Notes: a model not told the origin generated them from the sequence alone. A DNA stretch of 64,000 nt from Actinomycetota bacterium (GCA_027729925.1 JAQCEB010000001.1:23419-87418); one strand, 5' to 3'; shown: positions 50,309-60,645, counted from the first letter of the stretch. Numbers and translations: made by a program.

Positions 50309-51175
50309 ATGATATCAAAAAGACCCGAGATACTTCTATTACTAGGAATGTCAGGTGCAGGTAGGTCTGCTAGCTCAAATGTGTTTGAAGATCTTGGATA
50401 TTATGTTATTGAAAACTTACCTCCTGAGTTAGTAGAATCTGTAGCACAATCTAATGATGTAACAGAAACTAATAAGCAATTAGTTTTAACAATAGATGCT
50501 AGAGACAGCTCTGCTCAAAAAAAATTAAATGAAAGTATAAATAAGCTAAATCAATCTGGTGTATTAACAAGAATAATTTTTTTAGATGCAGATAACGAAA
50601 CTTTAATAGAAAGATATGAAGAAAATAGAAGACCTCACCCAATGGGAATGGAAAGCATTTCTCAATCAGTAAAAACTGAACGAGATTTATTAAAACCTGT
50701 TAGAGAATTAGCAGATTTAGTTATTGATACTACAGACTTAAATGTACATGATTTACGCAAAAGAATTATCGAAGGATTTCAAGGAGAAGCTCAAAACCAA
50801 GATTTAAAAATTTCTGTCACTTCATTTGGTTTTAAAAATGGTTCACCAAGAGATGCAGATTTAGTTTTTGATGTTAGATTTTTACCCAATCCACATTGGA
50901 GGGAAGAGTTAAGAGCTTCTACAGGTCAATCTCCAATGGTTAGAAATTATGTTTTATCTTTTGAAGATGCACAATTATTTTTGGAAAAAATTAAAGATCT
51001 AGTACAGTTCTTGCTTCCAAGATTTATTTCAGAAGGCAAATCTTACGTTGGAATAGCTATAGGTTGTACCGGTGGTAAGCATAGGAGTGTTGTAATGGCC
51101 GAAGAGTTAACGAAGTGGTTAAAATCTGAAAAAAATGATGCTGTTGTACTTCATAGAGATATGAAAGATAGCTAA
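50309..51175 (+). CDS. rapZ: RNase adapter protein RapZ (YvcJ-family P-loop NTPase)
   Basis: P-loop GMSGAGRS and a C-terminal CTGGKHRS motif. Confidence 0.85.
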   Translation: MISKRPEILLLLGMSGAGRSASSNVFEDLGYYVIENLPPELVESVAQSNDVTETNKQLVLTIDARDSSAQKKLNESINKLNQSGVLTRIIFLDADNETLIERYEENRRPHPMGMESISQSVKTERDLLKPVRELADLVIDTTDLNVHDLRKRIIEGFQGEAQNQDLKISVTSFGFKNGSPRDADLVFDVRFLPNPHWREELRASTGQSPMVRNYVLSFEDAQLFLEKIKDLVQFLLPRFISEGKSYVGIAIGCTGGKHRSVVMAEELTKWLKSEKNDAVVLHRDMKDS

Positions 51176-51177
51176 CT

Positions 51178-52323
51178 TTGCCACTAGGGAAATCAAGCAA
51201 ATTACTTATTAGAGCTGATCTGAATGTACCAATTAAAAATGGTAAAATTTTAGATAATTTTCGAATCAAAAAAACTTTGTCTAATATTAACCATTTTAAA
51301 AAATATTCTAAAAATATTACATTTATTAGTCACCTTGGCCGACCAAAAGGTAAAGATGAAGATCTTTCTCTAAAACATTTAATTTCAGAAATGAGTGACA
51401 TAGCTGGTCAAGAAGTACATTTTATCAATGATTGCATAAATTTAGATCCGAAACTATTTGAAGACGAGGCAAAAATATTTTTACTTGAAAATTTAAGGTT
51501 TTACGAAGGGGAAGAACAAAATAATTTAGATTTTGCAAAAAATTTATCTAATCCTTTTGATACCTTTATTTTAGATGCATTTGGAGCTGCGCATAGATCA
51601 CACGCCTCAATTGTTAGTATGGGTAAATTTTTAGATTCTTATCAGGGACCTTTGATGCAAAAAGAAGTTGACAATCTTCAATACTTACTATCTGAAACTA
51701 AAAGTCCATATACAGTTATTCTTGGTGGAGCTAAAATTTCAGAAAAACTAAATTTAGTTAATAACTTATTACCAAAAGTTGACAATTTAATCCTTGGTGG
51801 TGGAATGTGTTTTACTTTTTTAAAAGCATTAGGTCTAAATATAGGAAGTTCACTACTTGAAGAAAATTTTATTAGTACAGCATCTAATTTAATAAATTCT
51901 AAATACGGAAAAAAAATAATACTACCAATTGATTTTGCTACCACAAAAGATATAAGTAGTAATTTAAGAATTGAAAAAGATATTCAAGATTTTGATTTTG
52001 ATGATATAGGTGTAGATATTGGAAAAAAAACAGTTGAAAGATTTAAACAAACTATAAATATCTCTAAAACAATTTTTTGGAATGGACCAATGGGTATTTT
52101 TGAAAATTCTAATTTTGAATTTGGTACTAAAGAAATTACTAAATTAGTTTCAAATTCTGATTCATATACTGTTGTAGGTGGTGGAGATTCAGTTAGTGCA
52201 ATTAATAAGTTTTCAACATTAGATAAATTTAATCATGTTTCTACGGGTGGTGGAGCTTCTATAGAATTTTTGGAAGGAAAAATATTACCTGGTGTTAATA
52301 TTTATAAACCTCTTATAATTTAA
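51178..52323 (+). CDS. pgk: phosphoglycerate kinase
   Basis: TTG start. RADLNVP N-terminal motif, GGGASLE-like C-terminal hinge (STGGGASIEFLEGK). Confidence 0.9.
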   Translation: MPLGKSSKLLIRADLNVPIKNGKILDNFRIKKTLSNINHFKKYSKNITFISHLGRPKGKDEDLSLKHLISEMSDIAGQEVHFINDCINLDPKLFEDEAKIFLLENLRFYEGEEQNNLDFAKNLSNPFDTFILDAFGAAHRSHASIVSMGKFLDSYQGPLMQKEVDNLQYLLSETKSPYTVILGGAKISEKLNLVNNLLPKVDNLILGGGMCFTFLKALGLNIGSSLLEENFISTASNLINSKYGKKIILPIDFATTKDISSNLRIEKDIQDFDFDDIGVDIGKKTVERFKQTINISKTIFWNGPMGIFENSNFEFGTKEITKLVSNSDSYTVVGGGDSVSAINKFSTLDKFNHVSTGGGASIEFLEGKILPGVNIYKPLII

Positions 52324-52327
52324 ATTT

Positions 52328-53092
52328 ATGAAAAAAATTATTATAGGTAACTGGAAACTAAACTTAACGCATTTAGAGGGAATTCAACTTTTACAAAAAA
52401 TAAATTATTCATTACAAAAAGACACTGAAGAATATGTTGAAGTAGTTTTAGCACCATCTTTTACTTCCTTAAGATCAATTCAAACTGTAATTTCAACTGA
52501 TAAATTAAAAATAAAACTCTCATCACAAGATGTTTCCAGGTATTCCGAAGGTGCTTATACGGGTGAGGTAAGCGCAAACCAATTATTAAAATTATCTGTT
52601 GATTATTGCATTGTTGGTCACTCTGAAAGAAGAGAGTACTTTCATGAAACTGATGAAATTGTAAATGAGAAAGTCTTAAAACTTTTAGATTCTGAAATTG
52701 TTCCAATATTTTGTTTTGGTGAATCGTTACAAAATAGAGAACAAGGAAACTATTTAGATTATATTAAAAATCAAATTAACACTGGTTTAAAAAATGTAAG
52801 AAAAGATAAAGTAAATAAACTAGTTTTAGCTTACGAACCTATTTGGGCAATTGGAACAGGAAATGTTGCAACGATAGATAATATTATTGAAGTTTTGGAG
52901 TATGTTAAAGTATTAGTTTCCGAAAAATCATTTTTTTCTGAAGAGAATATATTATTGATTTATGGCGGTAGCGTATCTCCAGATAATGCTTCTGAAATAC
53001 TAAATACTAAAATAGTTAATGGTGCTTTAGTTGGTGGGGCTTCTTTAGATTCAGATAAGTTTGTGAAAATAATAAATTCTATTTCAATATGA
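52328..53092 (+). CDS. tpiA: triose-phosphate isomerase
   Basis: IIGNWKLN start, catalytic AYEPIWAIGTG, and GGASL phosphate loop. Confidence 0.9.
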   Translation: MKKIIIGNWKLNLTHLEGIQLLQKINYSLQKDTEEYVEVVLAPSFTSLRSIQTVISTDKLKIKLSSQDVSRYSEGAYTGEVSANQLLKLSVDYCIVGHSERREYFHETDEIVNEKVLKLLDSEIVPIFCFGESLQNREQGNYLDYIKNQINTGLKNVRKDKVNKLVLAYEPIWAIGTGNVATIDNIIEVLEYVKVLVSEKSFFSEENILLIYGGSVSPDNASEILNTKIVNGALVGGASLDSDKFVKIINSISI

Positions 53093-53841
53093 ATCTCGTT
53101 TTTGTTAGACACGGCCAAAGTTTATGGAATTTAGAAAATAAATTTACCGGTTGGGTAGATATTGCATTATCCGAAAGAGGAATAAAAGAAGCTAAGGAAG
53201 CTGGAAAAGTTTTAAAAAAGGAAGATTTTTATCCAGATTTATGTTTCACATCGTATTTACTTAGATCTATACACACTAGTCAATTAATTTTAAATTCTTA
53301 TGAAAAAACAGAAATTGAAAATATACAAATTAAAAAACTATGGCAGTTGAATGAAAGACACTACGGAGCCTTGCAAGGTTTAGATAAAAAAGAAACAGCA
53401 AAAAAATATGGTGAAAACCAAGTACATCAATGGAGAAGAGGGTATGATATTAAACCGCCTCTGATAAAACAAGGTGATAAGTTTGACCCAAATATTGATT
53501 CTTTATATTCTGAAATCAACGAACAACTTCCTACTGGAGAATCACTTCATGATGTAGTGCTAAGAATAGAAAAAACTCTTAATGATTTAATTGAATATTC
53601 TAAAAGCAATAAAGTATTAGTTGTTGCTCATGGTAACAGTATTCGAGCTATGGTTAAGTTATTAGATAATTTGAGCAATGATCAAATTGTAGATGTAAAC
53701 ATACCAACAGGCATTCCTTTAGCATATAGCGTCTCATTTAATGATATTGAAAAAATTGGGTATGTGGGAAATCAAAGTAGAATTGAAGAACTTCAAAAAG
53801 AAGTAGAATTACAATCAAAATTAAGCAAAGATGAAGGCTAA
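53089..53841 (+). CDS. gpmA: 2,3-bisphosphoglycerate-dependent phosphoglycerate mutase
   Basis: LVFVRHGQSLWNLENKFTGW (RHG catalytic His) and the second HGNS His region. Confidence 0.9.
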   Translation: MNLVFVRHGQSLWNLENKFTGWVDIALSERGIKEAKEAGKVLKKEDFYPDLCFTSYLLRSIHTSQLILNSYEKTEIENIQIKKLWQLNERHYGALQGLDKKETAKKYGENQVHQWRRGYDIKPPLIKQGDKFDPNIDSLYSEINEQLPTGESLHDVVLRIEKTLNDLIEYSKSNKVLVVAHGNSIRAMVKLLDNLSNDQIVDVNIPTGIPLAYSVSFNDIEKIGYVGNQSRIEELQKEVELQSKLSKDEG

Positions 53842-53850
53842 TATTTAATT

Positions 53851-54087
53851 ATGGATACTTTAACAGCTGTTCTTATAGTAGTGCACATTTTAGTTTCAAT
53901 TGCTTTAGTTGCATTAGTATTGTTAAATAGTGGTAAAGGCGGTGGTCTTTCGGATATGCTTGGTGGACCGGGTTCTACTGGAAACATTGGGCAAACATTA
54001 GCTGAAAGAAACTTATCTAGAATTACAGCTTTTGTAGCAATTTTATTTGCAGTAACAACATTGACACTTTTTTGGTTTCTTGACTGA
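53851..54087 (+). CDS. secG: preprotein translocase subunit SecG
   Basis: 78 aa, two TM helices with a Gly-rich loop LLNSGKGGGLSDMLGG. Syntenic after tpiA/gpmA. Confidence 0.8.
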   Translation: MDTLTAVLIVVHILVSIALVALVLLNSGKGGGLSDMLGGPGSTGNIGQTLAERNLSRITAFVAILFAVTTLTLFWFLD

Positions 54088-54091
54088 TTTT

Positions 54092-54175
54092 GCGCGGGTG
54101 GCGGAACTGGTAGACGCGCAGGATTAAGGATCCTGTGGGATAAAACCCGTGGAGGTTCGAGTCCTCTTCCGCGCA
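54092..54175 (+). tRNA. tRNA-Leu, anticodon read as AAG (A34, unusual for bacteria)
   Basis: GCGCGGG acceptor stem (pairs with TCCGCGC, 1 G-U), D-arm, anticodon stem CAGGA/TCCTG with 7-nt loop TTAAGGA giving anticodon AAG, long variable arm GGG-ataaaa-CCC, and T-arm GGAGG-TTCGAGT-CCTCT. No encoded CCA. Confidence 0.75.
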
Positions 54176-54180
54176 CAAAT

Positions 54181-54834
54181 ATGAGTAAAGTAAAAACAAT
54201 TGCAATCGTAAACGATCCAAAGGTAACTTTAGGTTCTCTTCCTGATGAAATTGAATTAGTTTATGCATGGGAAATAAATTGGAATGCTCTTACTAATAAG
54301 AACGATTATATAGTCCTAGGTGGTCATATGGGAGCATATGATGAAAACGAATATCAATATTTAGTAAGTGAAAAAAAATGGTTAAGTGAAGCTGTAAACT
54401 CAGGATATAAAGTACTAGGAATATGCCTAGGTTCACAGTTAATAGCTGATTCTCTAGGTGGAAAAGCTTATCTTTCAAAAAATATAGAATTTGGTTTTAA
54501 AAATTTAGATTTTATTAGTAAAAATTTTTTATTTGATCCATTTAGTTCAATCAAAGTATTTACATGGCATAGAGATACATTCAATATACCAAATAAAGCT
54601 GAATTAGTTGCTAAGACAGAATTTCCTCAAATTTTTACATTAAAAAATTCAGTTTCATTACAATTTCACCCTGAAATAAATTTAGAACTATTTGATTCAT
54701 GGTATTCTTCTGAACAATCTAAAGTTGATTTGAAATTATTTGATGTCGAATCAGAAAGAAGCTATTTAAAATCAAACGAAAAGATCATTTCTAATGCCGT
54801 AAATGAGTTTTTTTCTTTGTGGAAGAGAATATAA
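54181..54834 (+). CDS. class I glutamine amidotransferase-like protein
   Basis: GATase1 nucleophile elbow LGICLGSQL and a conserved His region (QFHPE). Confidence 0.65.
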   Translation: MSKVKTIAIVNDPKVTLGSLPDEIELVYAWEINWNALTNKNDYIVLGGHMGAYDENEYQYLVSEKKWLSEAVNSGYKVLGICLGSQLIADSLGGKAYLSKNIEFGFKNLDFISKNFLFDPFSSIKVFTWHRDTFNIPNKAELVAKTEFPQIFTLKNSVSLQFHPEINLELFDSWYSSEQSKVDLKLFDVESERSYLKSNEKIISNAVNEFFSLWKRI

Positions 54835-54835
54835 T

Positions 54836-55399
54836 TTAAAGACTTTCAATATAATTATTTAATATAAAAAATCTTTTCATTGTATCTTTTTCGTTTAAAA
54901 TCTTTTCTCTAATCTCAAAATCTAAAGGTGAATTTATACAAAGATCCCAAATCTTGTTAATCCTACTTTTGTAGCTATCTAAAAAAATAGGTAAATTTAA
55001 ATCTAAACCTTGCTCTATTAATTGAGCTGTTTTATTTATTATTTTTTTTTCTAGATATTGAATTTCTTCCTCAGTAGGGGGTATACCTATGTTTAAATAT
55101 TCTTCACACTTTGCAATTGGATATTCAATATTTAAATTTATGTCATTTATTAAAAATAACTTTTTACATTCTATAACAACTATTTGTTCAGCATTTTCTA
55201 TATCTTTAAAATCTAAAATTTTAACTTCTGAAATTACTTGATTTTTAGATTCTAGGTTCTTCCCAACTACAAAGTTGCTATTTGAACTTATTGCATCTGC
55301 AATTAAAAGCAAATATCTTGGTTCAAATACTTTCAGAACTGAAATTTCTGTAGGGAAATAATTAATACCTGCTGCAAAAAACGGAAATTCAACTAACAT
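54836..55399 (-). CDS. LON substrate-binding (N-terminal) domain protein
   Basis: The FEPRYLLLI motif is typical of Lon N-terminal / PUA-like domain proteins. No ATPase or protease domain follows. Confidence 0.5.
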   Translation of the reverse strand: MLVEFPFFAAGINYFPTEISVLKVFEPRYLLLIADAISSNSNFVVGKNLESKNQVISEVKILDFKDIENAEQIVVIECKKLFLINDINLNIEYPIAKCEEYLNIGIPPTEEEIQYLEKKIINKTAQLIEQGLDLNLPIFLDSYKSRINKIWDLCINSPLDFEIREKILNEKDTMKRFFILNNYIESL

Positions 55400-55434
55400 T
55401 ATTTCTGTTATTTAGGTTAACAAGGATATCATTT

Positions 55435-56478
55435 ATGAGAATTGAAGATGAAATTAAACTAACTTTTGATGACGTTTTAATTAGACCTAAACGAAGCACT
55501 CTCGTTTCTCGTTCCGAAGTTGATTTAACAAGAGATTTTAAATTTAAATATACTCCAAAAACTTGGAGTGGTGTACCTATTATTTCAGCAAATATGGACA
55601 CTACAGGTACTTTTGAAACAGCCAAATCATTAGAAAAGTTTGGTATTCTTACAGCGCTTCATAAATTCTATAATATTAAAGATTGGGAGGAAAATTTAGA
55701 CTTCTTAAATCCAAAATATTTAATCGTTACAGTTGGTTCTTCAGAAGAGGAATTTGAAAAAGCTAAAAAAATATTAAATTTAAATAATGATTTAGATTTT
55801 ATTTGTCTAGATGTAGCTAATGGCTACAGAGAAGACTTTTTGCAATCTGTAACAAAATTTAGAGAAGCTTTTCCAGAAAAAATTATTATGGCAGGAAATG
55901 TTGCAACCAGAGAAATGACTGAAGCAATAATTTTAGCAGGTGCCGATATAGTTAAAGTTGGAATTGGCCCAGGTTCAGTCTGTACTACTAGAAAAGTAGC
56001 TGGAGTAGGTTATCCACAATTATCATCGATTTCTGAGTGTGCTGATGCTGCTCATGGTTTAGGTGGACATGTAATCTCTGATGGAGGTTGTAAATTTCCT
56101 GGTGATGTAGCTAAAGCTTTTGGTGCTGGCTCCGATTTTGTTATGCTGGGAGGTATGTTTGCTGGCCATACAGAATCTGGTGGTGATTTAATAACTGATG
56201 ATAATGGACAAATGTTTAAAGATTTTTATGGTATGTCATCGGAACTCGCACAACAAAGATATTACGGTGACCTTGCTGAACATAGAGCATCAGAAGGAAA
56301 AAAAGTTCGTCTGAAATACAAAGGAAGTATCGATATTACAGTACAGTCTATTCTCGGTGGTGTACGATCAGCATGTTCATACGTAGGTGCTAAAAACCTA
56401 AAAGATTTACCTAAATGTACAACATTTATTAGAGTTACTCAAACTACTAATGAAATATTTACAACATATGAAAATTAA
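55435..56478 (+). CDS. guaC: GMP reductase
   Basis: 347 aa IMPDH/GMPR TIM-barrel without CBS domains. Catalytic [11 protein letters not shown] and C-terminal [15 protein letters not shown]...TFIRVTQ match GuaC. Confidence 0.8.
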   Translation: MRIEDEIKLTFDDVLIRPKRSTLVSRSEVDLTRDFKFKYTPKTWSGVPIISANMDTTGTFETAKSLEKFGILTALHKFYNIKDWEENLDFLNPKYLIVTVGSSEEEFEKAKKILNLNNDLDFICLDVANGYREDFLQSVTKFREAFPEKIIMAGNVATREMTEAIILAGADIVKVGIGPGSVCTTRKVAGVGYPQLSSISECADAAHGLGGHVISDGGCKFPGDVAKAFGAGSDFVMLGGMFAGHTESGGDLITDDNGQMFKDFYGMSSELAQQRYYGDLAEHRASEGKKVRLKYKGSIDITVQSILGGVRSACSYVGAKNLKDLPKCTTFIRVTQTTNEIFTTYEN

Positions 56479-56711
56479 TGAAAGTTTTAATATATACGAG
56501 AAATAATTGTGTCTGGTGTGACAGAGCAAAAAACTTACTAAATAGCAAAAATTTAAAATACGATGAAATAGATTTATCTGATGACATTAGTAGAGAAAAT
56601 TTCTATAAAAATTTTAATAATTCTATTAAGACTATGCCACAAATCTTTATAAACGATGAACGCATAGGGGGTTACGAAGCTTTAGTAGAATATTTAAATG
56701 GCCAAGAATAG
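56478..56711 (+). CDS. nrdH: NrdH-like glutaredoxin
   Basis: 77 aa with CVWC redox motif (CxxC). TAATG overlap with guaC. Confidence 0.7.
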   Translation: MKVLIYTRNNCVWCDRAKNLLNSKNLKYDEIDLSDDISRENFYKNFNNSIKTMPQIFINDERIGGYEALVEYLNGQE

Positions 56712-56877
56712 TTCATCAAAAACTGTATTCTTAGCGCACATTGTTAATTTATTTAGGTGAGTTATCAAGTAAAAAAATTAAATCATTTTTAAAGAAATTT
56801 TTAATAGGTTTTGATGGAATTCTTAAAGTTGATGATAGGTATTCTTTGTTATATTTAGTTCCAGCTTAAAATAGTTT

Positions 56878-57249
56878 ATGGAATTAAATAAGAATCAATT
56901 ATCAAAAGAAGTATTTGAAGTAACACAAAATTGTGGAACAGAACCACCATTTTCTGGAAAATTACTAAATGAAAAAAGAATTGGTACTTACATTTGCGTT
57001 GTTTGTAAAGAAACATTATTTGACTCTAGTGCAAAGTATGATTCTGGTTCAGGTTGGCCAAGTTTCTTTGAATCTATTGAAGATAAAATTTTTAGAAAAA
57101 ATGATTATTCACACGGGATGAAAAGAACTGAAATTACTTGTAAAAACTGCAATGCACATTTAGGTCACGTATTTAATGATGGTCCAAATCCAACAGGTGA
57201 AAGATATTGTGTTAATTCTTTAAGTATGGAGTTTTTACCTTTTGAATGA
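56878..57249 (+). CDS. msrB: peptide-methionine (R)-S-oxide reductase
   Basis: SelR fold with two CxxC pairs (CVVC...CKNC), the GWPSF motif and a catalytic RYCVNS Cys. Confidence 0.85.
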   Translation: MELNKNQLSKEVFEVTQNCGTEPPFSGKLLNEKRIGTYICVVCKETLFDSSAKYDSGSGWPSFFESIEDKIFRKNDYSHGMKRTEITCKNCNAHLGHVFNDGPNPTGERYCVNSLSMEFLPFE

Positions 57250-57547
57250 AGTTTTTATAGATGAAAATTGTAAACTATGTTCATCTTTTGGATCGTGGTT
57301 AGATAACAAGAATCATACAATTAAAATCTCTAATCAAAAAAACTTAGATAATGATTTACAGAGTTTAGACTCATTAATTTTTAAAGATCAAGTAAACACG
57401 TTTAAATATTCTGATGCTGTAATTATGACAATATATTCATTAGGTGGTTTGTATAAATCAGTATTGATTTTAAAAATAATTCCAAAATTTATAAGAGATA
57501 AAGTTTACAAAATTATTGCTAAGTATAGAAATAAATTCATTTTTTAA
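57242..57547 (+). CDS. DCC-family thiol-disulfide oxidoreductase (DUF393)
   Basis: N-terminal [10 protein letters not shown] (DxxCxxC) motif typical of the DCC1-like family. Confidence 0.55.
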   Translation: MNEVFIDENCKLCSSFGSWLDNKNHTIKISNQKNLDNDLQSLDSLIFKDQVNTFKYSDAVIMTIYSLGGLYKSVLILKIIPKFIRDKVYKIIAKYRNKFIF

Positions 57548-57549
57548 AA

Positions 57550-57759
57550 ATGAATTCTCTTTCTAATAACAAGATATTTAAAACTTTTTTAATTTTTTCA
57601 ATTTTCAGAGCGATTTATGGTTTATTAATTCTTTTAACGGCATATTTTATAAATACTGAATTAACAAATGGTTTTACTTTTTCAATTATATTTTTTTTAA
57701 TTAGTATGTATATTTCTAGACTTTTATTTAAAAAAATTAAGAAAAAATTTAATCTCTAA
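57550..57759 (+). CDS. small membrane protein (69 aa)
   Basis: Two hydrophobic helices, basic C-terminus. Confidence 0.3.
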   Translation: MNSLSNNKIFKTFLIFSIFRAIYGLLILLTAYFINTELTNGFTFSIIFFLISMYISRLLFKKIKKKFNL

Positions 57760-58231
57760 AATTACCAAAATTGATTGGTGTATCAATATTTGAATTTTTT
57801 AAAAAGTTTATTATATCTTGAAGTTCATCTTTTTTCTTTGCAGTTACTCTAATTGATTCATTTTGATATGAGCTTTGAATTTTCTTATAATTATTTTTAA
57901 TTAAATTTGTAATGAATTTAGATTCATCATGTGTAATACCAGATTTAAGATTATAAAAACGTTTTACTTCAGATGGAGTTTTTTCTTCTTTTATATTTGA
58001 TAAAAATTTTATTGAAACATTTCTTTTAACAAATTTTTCTTTTAAAACTTGATCAGCTGCATTTAATCGATCTAAAGTTGAACTAACTAGGGTAATTGTT
58101 GATTCATTATAAGAAATATTTGTATTAGTATTTCTAAAATCAAATCTGTTTACGATTTCTCTTTTTGCTTGATCAATTGCATTTGTAACTTCTTGTTTGT
58201 CAAAATTCGAAGTTATGTCAAAAGTTGGCAT
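57749..58231 (-). CDS. yajQ: YajQ-family nucleotide-binding protein (UPF0234)
   Basis: MPTFDITSNFDKQEVTNAIDQAKREIVNRFDFR is the canonical YajQ N-terminus. 160 aa. Confidence 0.8.
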   Translation of the reverse strand: MPTFDITSNFDKQEVTNAIDQAKREIVNRFDFRNTNTNISYNESTITLVSSTLDRLNAADQVLKEKFVKRNVSIKFLSNIKEEKTPSEVKRFYNLKSGITHDESKFITNLIKNNYKKIQSSYQNESIRVTAKKKDELQDIINFLKNSNIDTPINFGNFRD

Positions 58232-58234
58232 AAT

Positions 58235-58597
58235 TTATTTTAACCTTTGAGCTATTAAAATACCAAAGCCTGCAGCAATAATTGAAAATGTAACTGATGT
58301 AATTAGATATAGGATTGAAGTAAATACATTATTTTCATTTAGTTCTAAAAAATCAAACGAAAATTGAGAAAAAGTTGTAAATCCACCTAAAAAGCCCGTT
58401 AAAAGAAATAAATTAATTAAACTTGATTTATCTTTTAATACAATATATAAAAAACCAAATAAAAATGATCCCGTAGTATTTACTAAAATAGTTGCTAATT
58501 GTGATAAAAAATTTAATGAAACAATTTGATTTATTAAGTATCTTAAAATTGATCCTAATCCACCACCTATAAAGATAAAGAAAGCTTTACTTAACAA
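58235..58597 (-). CDS. crcB: fluoride-specific ion channel FluC/CrcB
   Basis: 120 aa, 4 TM helices, with GGLGSILRY and GFLGGFTTFS motifs. Confidence 0.85.
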   Translation of the reverse strand: MLSKAFFIFIGGGLGSILRYLINQIVSLNFLSQLATILVNTTGSFLFGFLYIVLKDKSSLINLFLLTGFLGGFTTFSQFSFDFLELNENNVFTSILYLITSVTFSIIAAGFGILIAQRLK

Positions 58598-59030
58598 ACT
58601 TTTGTCTCAATGATTCAAAAAGGACAGCACTTACAGCATTGGCGAGATTAATACTTCTTGAATTATCTTCCATTGGTATGGTTATAGTCTTAAACTCAGA
58701 TAATACACTTTCAGGGAGTCCGATTGACTCAGGACCAAAAATTAAAAAATCAAAATTATTTAGATTTACATCCCAGTATGAATCAGCACCTTTAGAAGAA
58801 AGGCAGGCTATATTTTTACTTCTATTTATTTGAATAAATTCTTCCCATGAATCATATATAACTACAGAAGCTAAATCATGATAATCTAAACCAGCTCTTC
58901 TAATTTTGTTTTCTTGGAATTCAAATCCAAAAGGTTTTATAAAATTAACTCTTATTCCTGTGTTTGCTGAAAGTCTTATTATTGCACCGACGTTACCAGC
59001 TATTTCTGGTTGGTAAATTACAGTTTCCAT
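58587..59030 (-). CDS. trmL: tRNA (cytidine/uridine-2'-O-)-methyltransferase TrmL (SpoU family)
   Basis: SPOUT motifs PEIAGNVGAIIRLSAN, FLIFGPESIGLP and ANAVSAVLFE. 147 aa. Confidence 0.8.
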   Translation of the reverse strand: METVIYQPEIAGNVGAIIRLSANTGIRVNFIKPFGFEFQENKIRRAGLDYHDLASVVIYDSWEEFIQINRSKNIACLSSKGADSYWDVNLNNFDFLIFGPESIGLPESVLSEFKTITIPMEDNSRSINLANAVSAVLFESLRQKFVK

Positions 59031-59080
59031 AAACTTATTATATTCTTTTTAAACATTCTTTATAAATGTAAAATGTTATT

Positions 59081-60643
59081 GTGATTAACTTATTGAAATT
59101 ATTTTTTCCTAATAACAATTCATTTAGATTAGTTAATAAAGAAATAAATAGTACGTCAATTTCTAGAGAAAGATTTATAGATTTTATTAAAGTGAGCGGT
59201 TTATTGTTAATTATTTTTAACTCACATATCTTATTAAAAATTACTTTTTCAAGTGGTGAATATAATATTGTTAATTTTTCTGAAAATGTTATATCTCTTC
59301 AAATATTTACATGGTTCACAACAGGTATGTCATTGTTCATTTTTACAATGGGTTTTAATAATTTAATAGCGTGGTATTCAAATGTCGGTAGAGAAGGTAG
59401 TCAATGGCAGTATTTAGTTGATAGAACAAATTCTATCCTCGGTCCTGTTATTGTTTGGATAGTTTCTATAAGTTTGTTATTAAATTTTCTTTTTATAAAT
59501 ACAAATTTACCAAAATATCTCACTACTTCTGAAGATGGAATAATGTCATCAGTGGAATTTGTACTTTGGCCAATGTGGCTTGTAACTATTTATCTTGTAC
59601 TTGTTATTTTTGCTCCAGTAACAATTTATCTACATAAAAAATTTCCATTTATTACAGTTGCTATATTGATTCTCTTTACAATTTTGATAGATTCATTTGA
59701 GTTTCCTATAAATTATTCATACTTAAGACTTTTAAATTATTTATTTTTCTGGTTAATGATTCACCAGTTAGGTTATTTTTTTGCCGATGGAAAAACTTTA
59801 TTTTTGCAAAAGAATTTATTATTTTTTTTACCAATTTCACTCCTAGGATATTTGTTTTTCAAATTAGATCAGAATTCAGATAATTTCAGTATGGCAAGTT
59901 ATAGATTAAGCTTGTTAAACAATGAAGATCCACCTACGACTCTTTATTTAATTGCTTCCTTAATGACACTATTTATATTTTTTAATTTTAAAAATTTTAT
60001 TGAAAAGAAGTTGAGCTCAATAATTGTTTGGAGGGTAATATCTATTATTCACTCTAATATTTATACATTATTTTTTTGGCATTTAGTGATTATTTATTTT
60101 GTTTATGTAAATAATTTATCAATATATCTTTCCCCATTCCTTTTAGTTGGATTCTCAATAATCTTTGGAAACTATGAAAGAACTTTGTTTAAACTATCAA
60201 CCAATTTTATTAAAAAAGTCTCTCCGTTACAACCTTGGCCAACTCCTATAAAAGCAAAGTTTTCTATAAGTAATTTTTCACTTGCTTGGTTTGCAGTTTT
60301 GATAATACTACTTGGAATTATCCATATAACTCTAGGAGGAATAGGTCAAAATGGATTTTTTACATTAAGAGAATTCTATTTTATAAGAAGTAGTACCTAC
60401 GAAGCTTTAGGGAGAATTTTAATTGGTATTTTATTGTTAAACATAACCGTAAGAGGATTAAAATATAAAAAAAGAGTAATGTTTTTAGCTATTTTGTTTT
60501 TTATTTCAGTTTTATTCTCAAGAACAGCAGTTCAAGAAGAAATTACTCAATTTGAACTAATTTTTTATCTTTTAACGCCACTTTATTTGCTTTATCAAAT
60601 AGTTTCAAACAGTAACTATAAAACAATGCTTAAAGTCAAATAA
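59081..60643 (+). CDS. hypothetical polytopic membrane protein (520 aa; possibly acyltransferase-3-like)
   Basis: GTG start. More than 10 predicted TM helices and no soluble domain. Weak resemblance to the acyltransferase-3/OpgC-type topology only. Confidence 0.4.
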   Translation: MINLLKLFFPNNNSFRLVNKEINSTSISRERFIDFIKVSGLLLIIFNSHILLKITFSSGEYNIVNFSENVISLQIFTWFTTGMSLFIFTMGFNNLIAWYSNVGREGSQWQYLVDRTNSILGPVIVWIVSISLLLNFLFINTNLPKYLTTSEDGIMSSVEFVLWPMWLVTIYLVLVIFAPVTIYLHKKFPFITVAILILFTILIDSFEFPINYSYLRLLNYLFFWLMIHQLGYFFADGKTLFLQKNLLFFLPISLLGYLFFKLDQNSDNFSMASYRLSLLNNEDPPTTLYLIASLMTLFIFFNFKNFIEKKLSSIIVWRVISIIHSNIYTLFFWHLVIIYFVYVNNLSIYLSPFLLVGFSIIFGNYERTLFKLSTNFIKKVSPLQPWPTPIKAKFSISNFSLAWFAVLIILLGIIHITLGGIGQNGFFTLREFYFIRSSTYEALGRILIGILLLNITVRGLKYKKRVMFLAILFFISVLFSRTAVQEEITQFELIFYLLTPLYLLYQIVSNSNYKTMLKVK

Positions 60644-60645
60644 TT

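Noticed and set aside
53838-54176. 112-aa reverse-strand ORF
   Set aside because: It overlaps both secG and the tRNA-Leu gene on the opposite strand and is an artefact of the GC-richer tRNA sequence.
56712-56877. 166-nt spacer between nrdH and msrB examined for a small RNA or riboswitch
   Set aside because: No GC-containing helices or conserved motifs. It contains only a 14-codon ORF of doubtful significance.
59031-59080. Searched upstream of the trmL-crcB operon for a fluoride riboswitch (crcB motif)
   Set aside because: Only 50 nt of AT-rich spacer with none of the conserved riboswitch helices. crcB is co-transcribed with trmL/yajQ instead.
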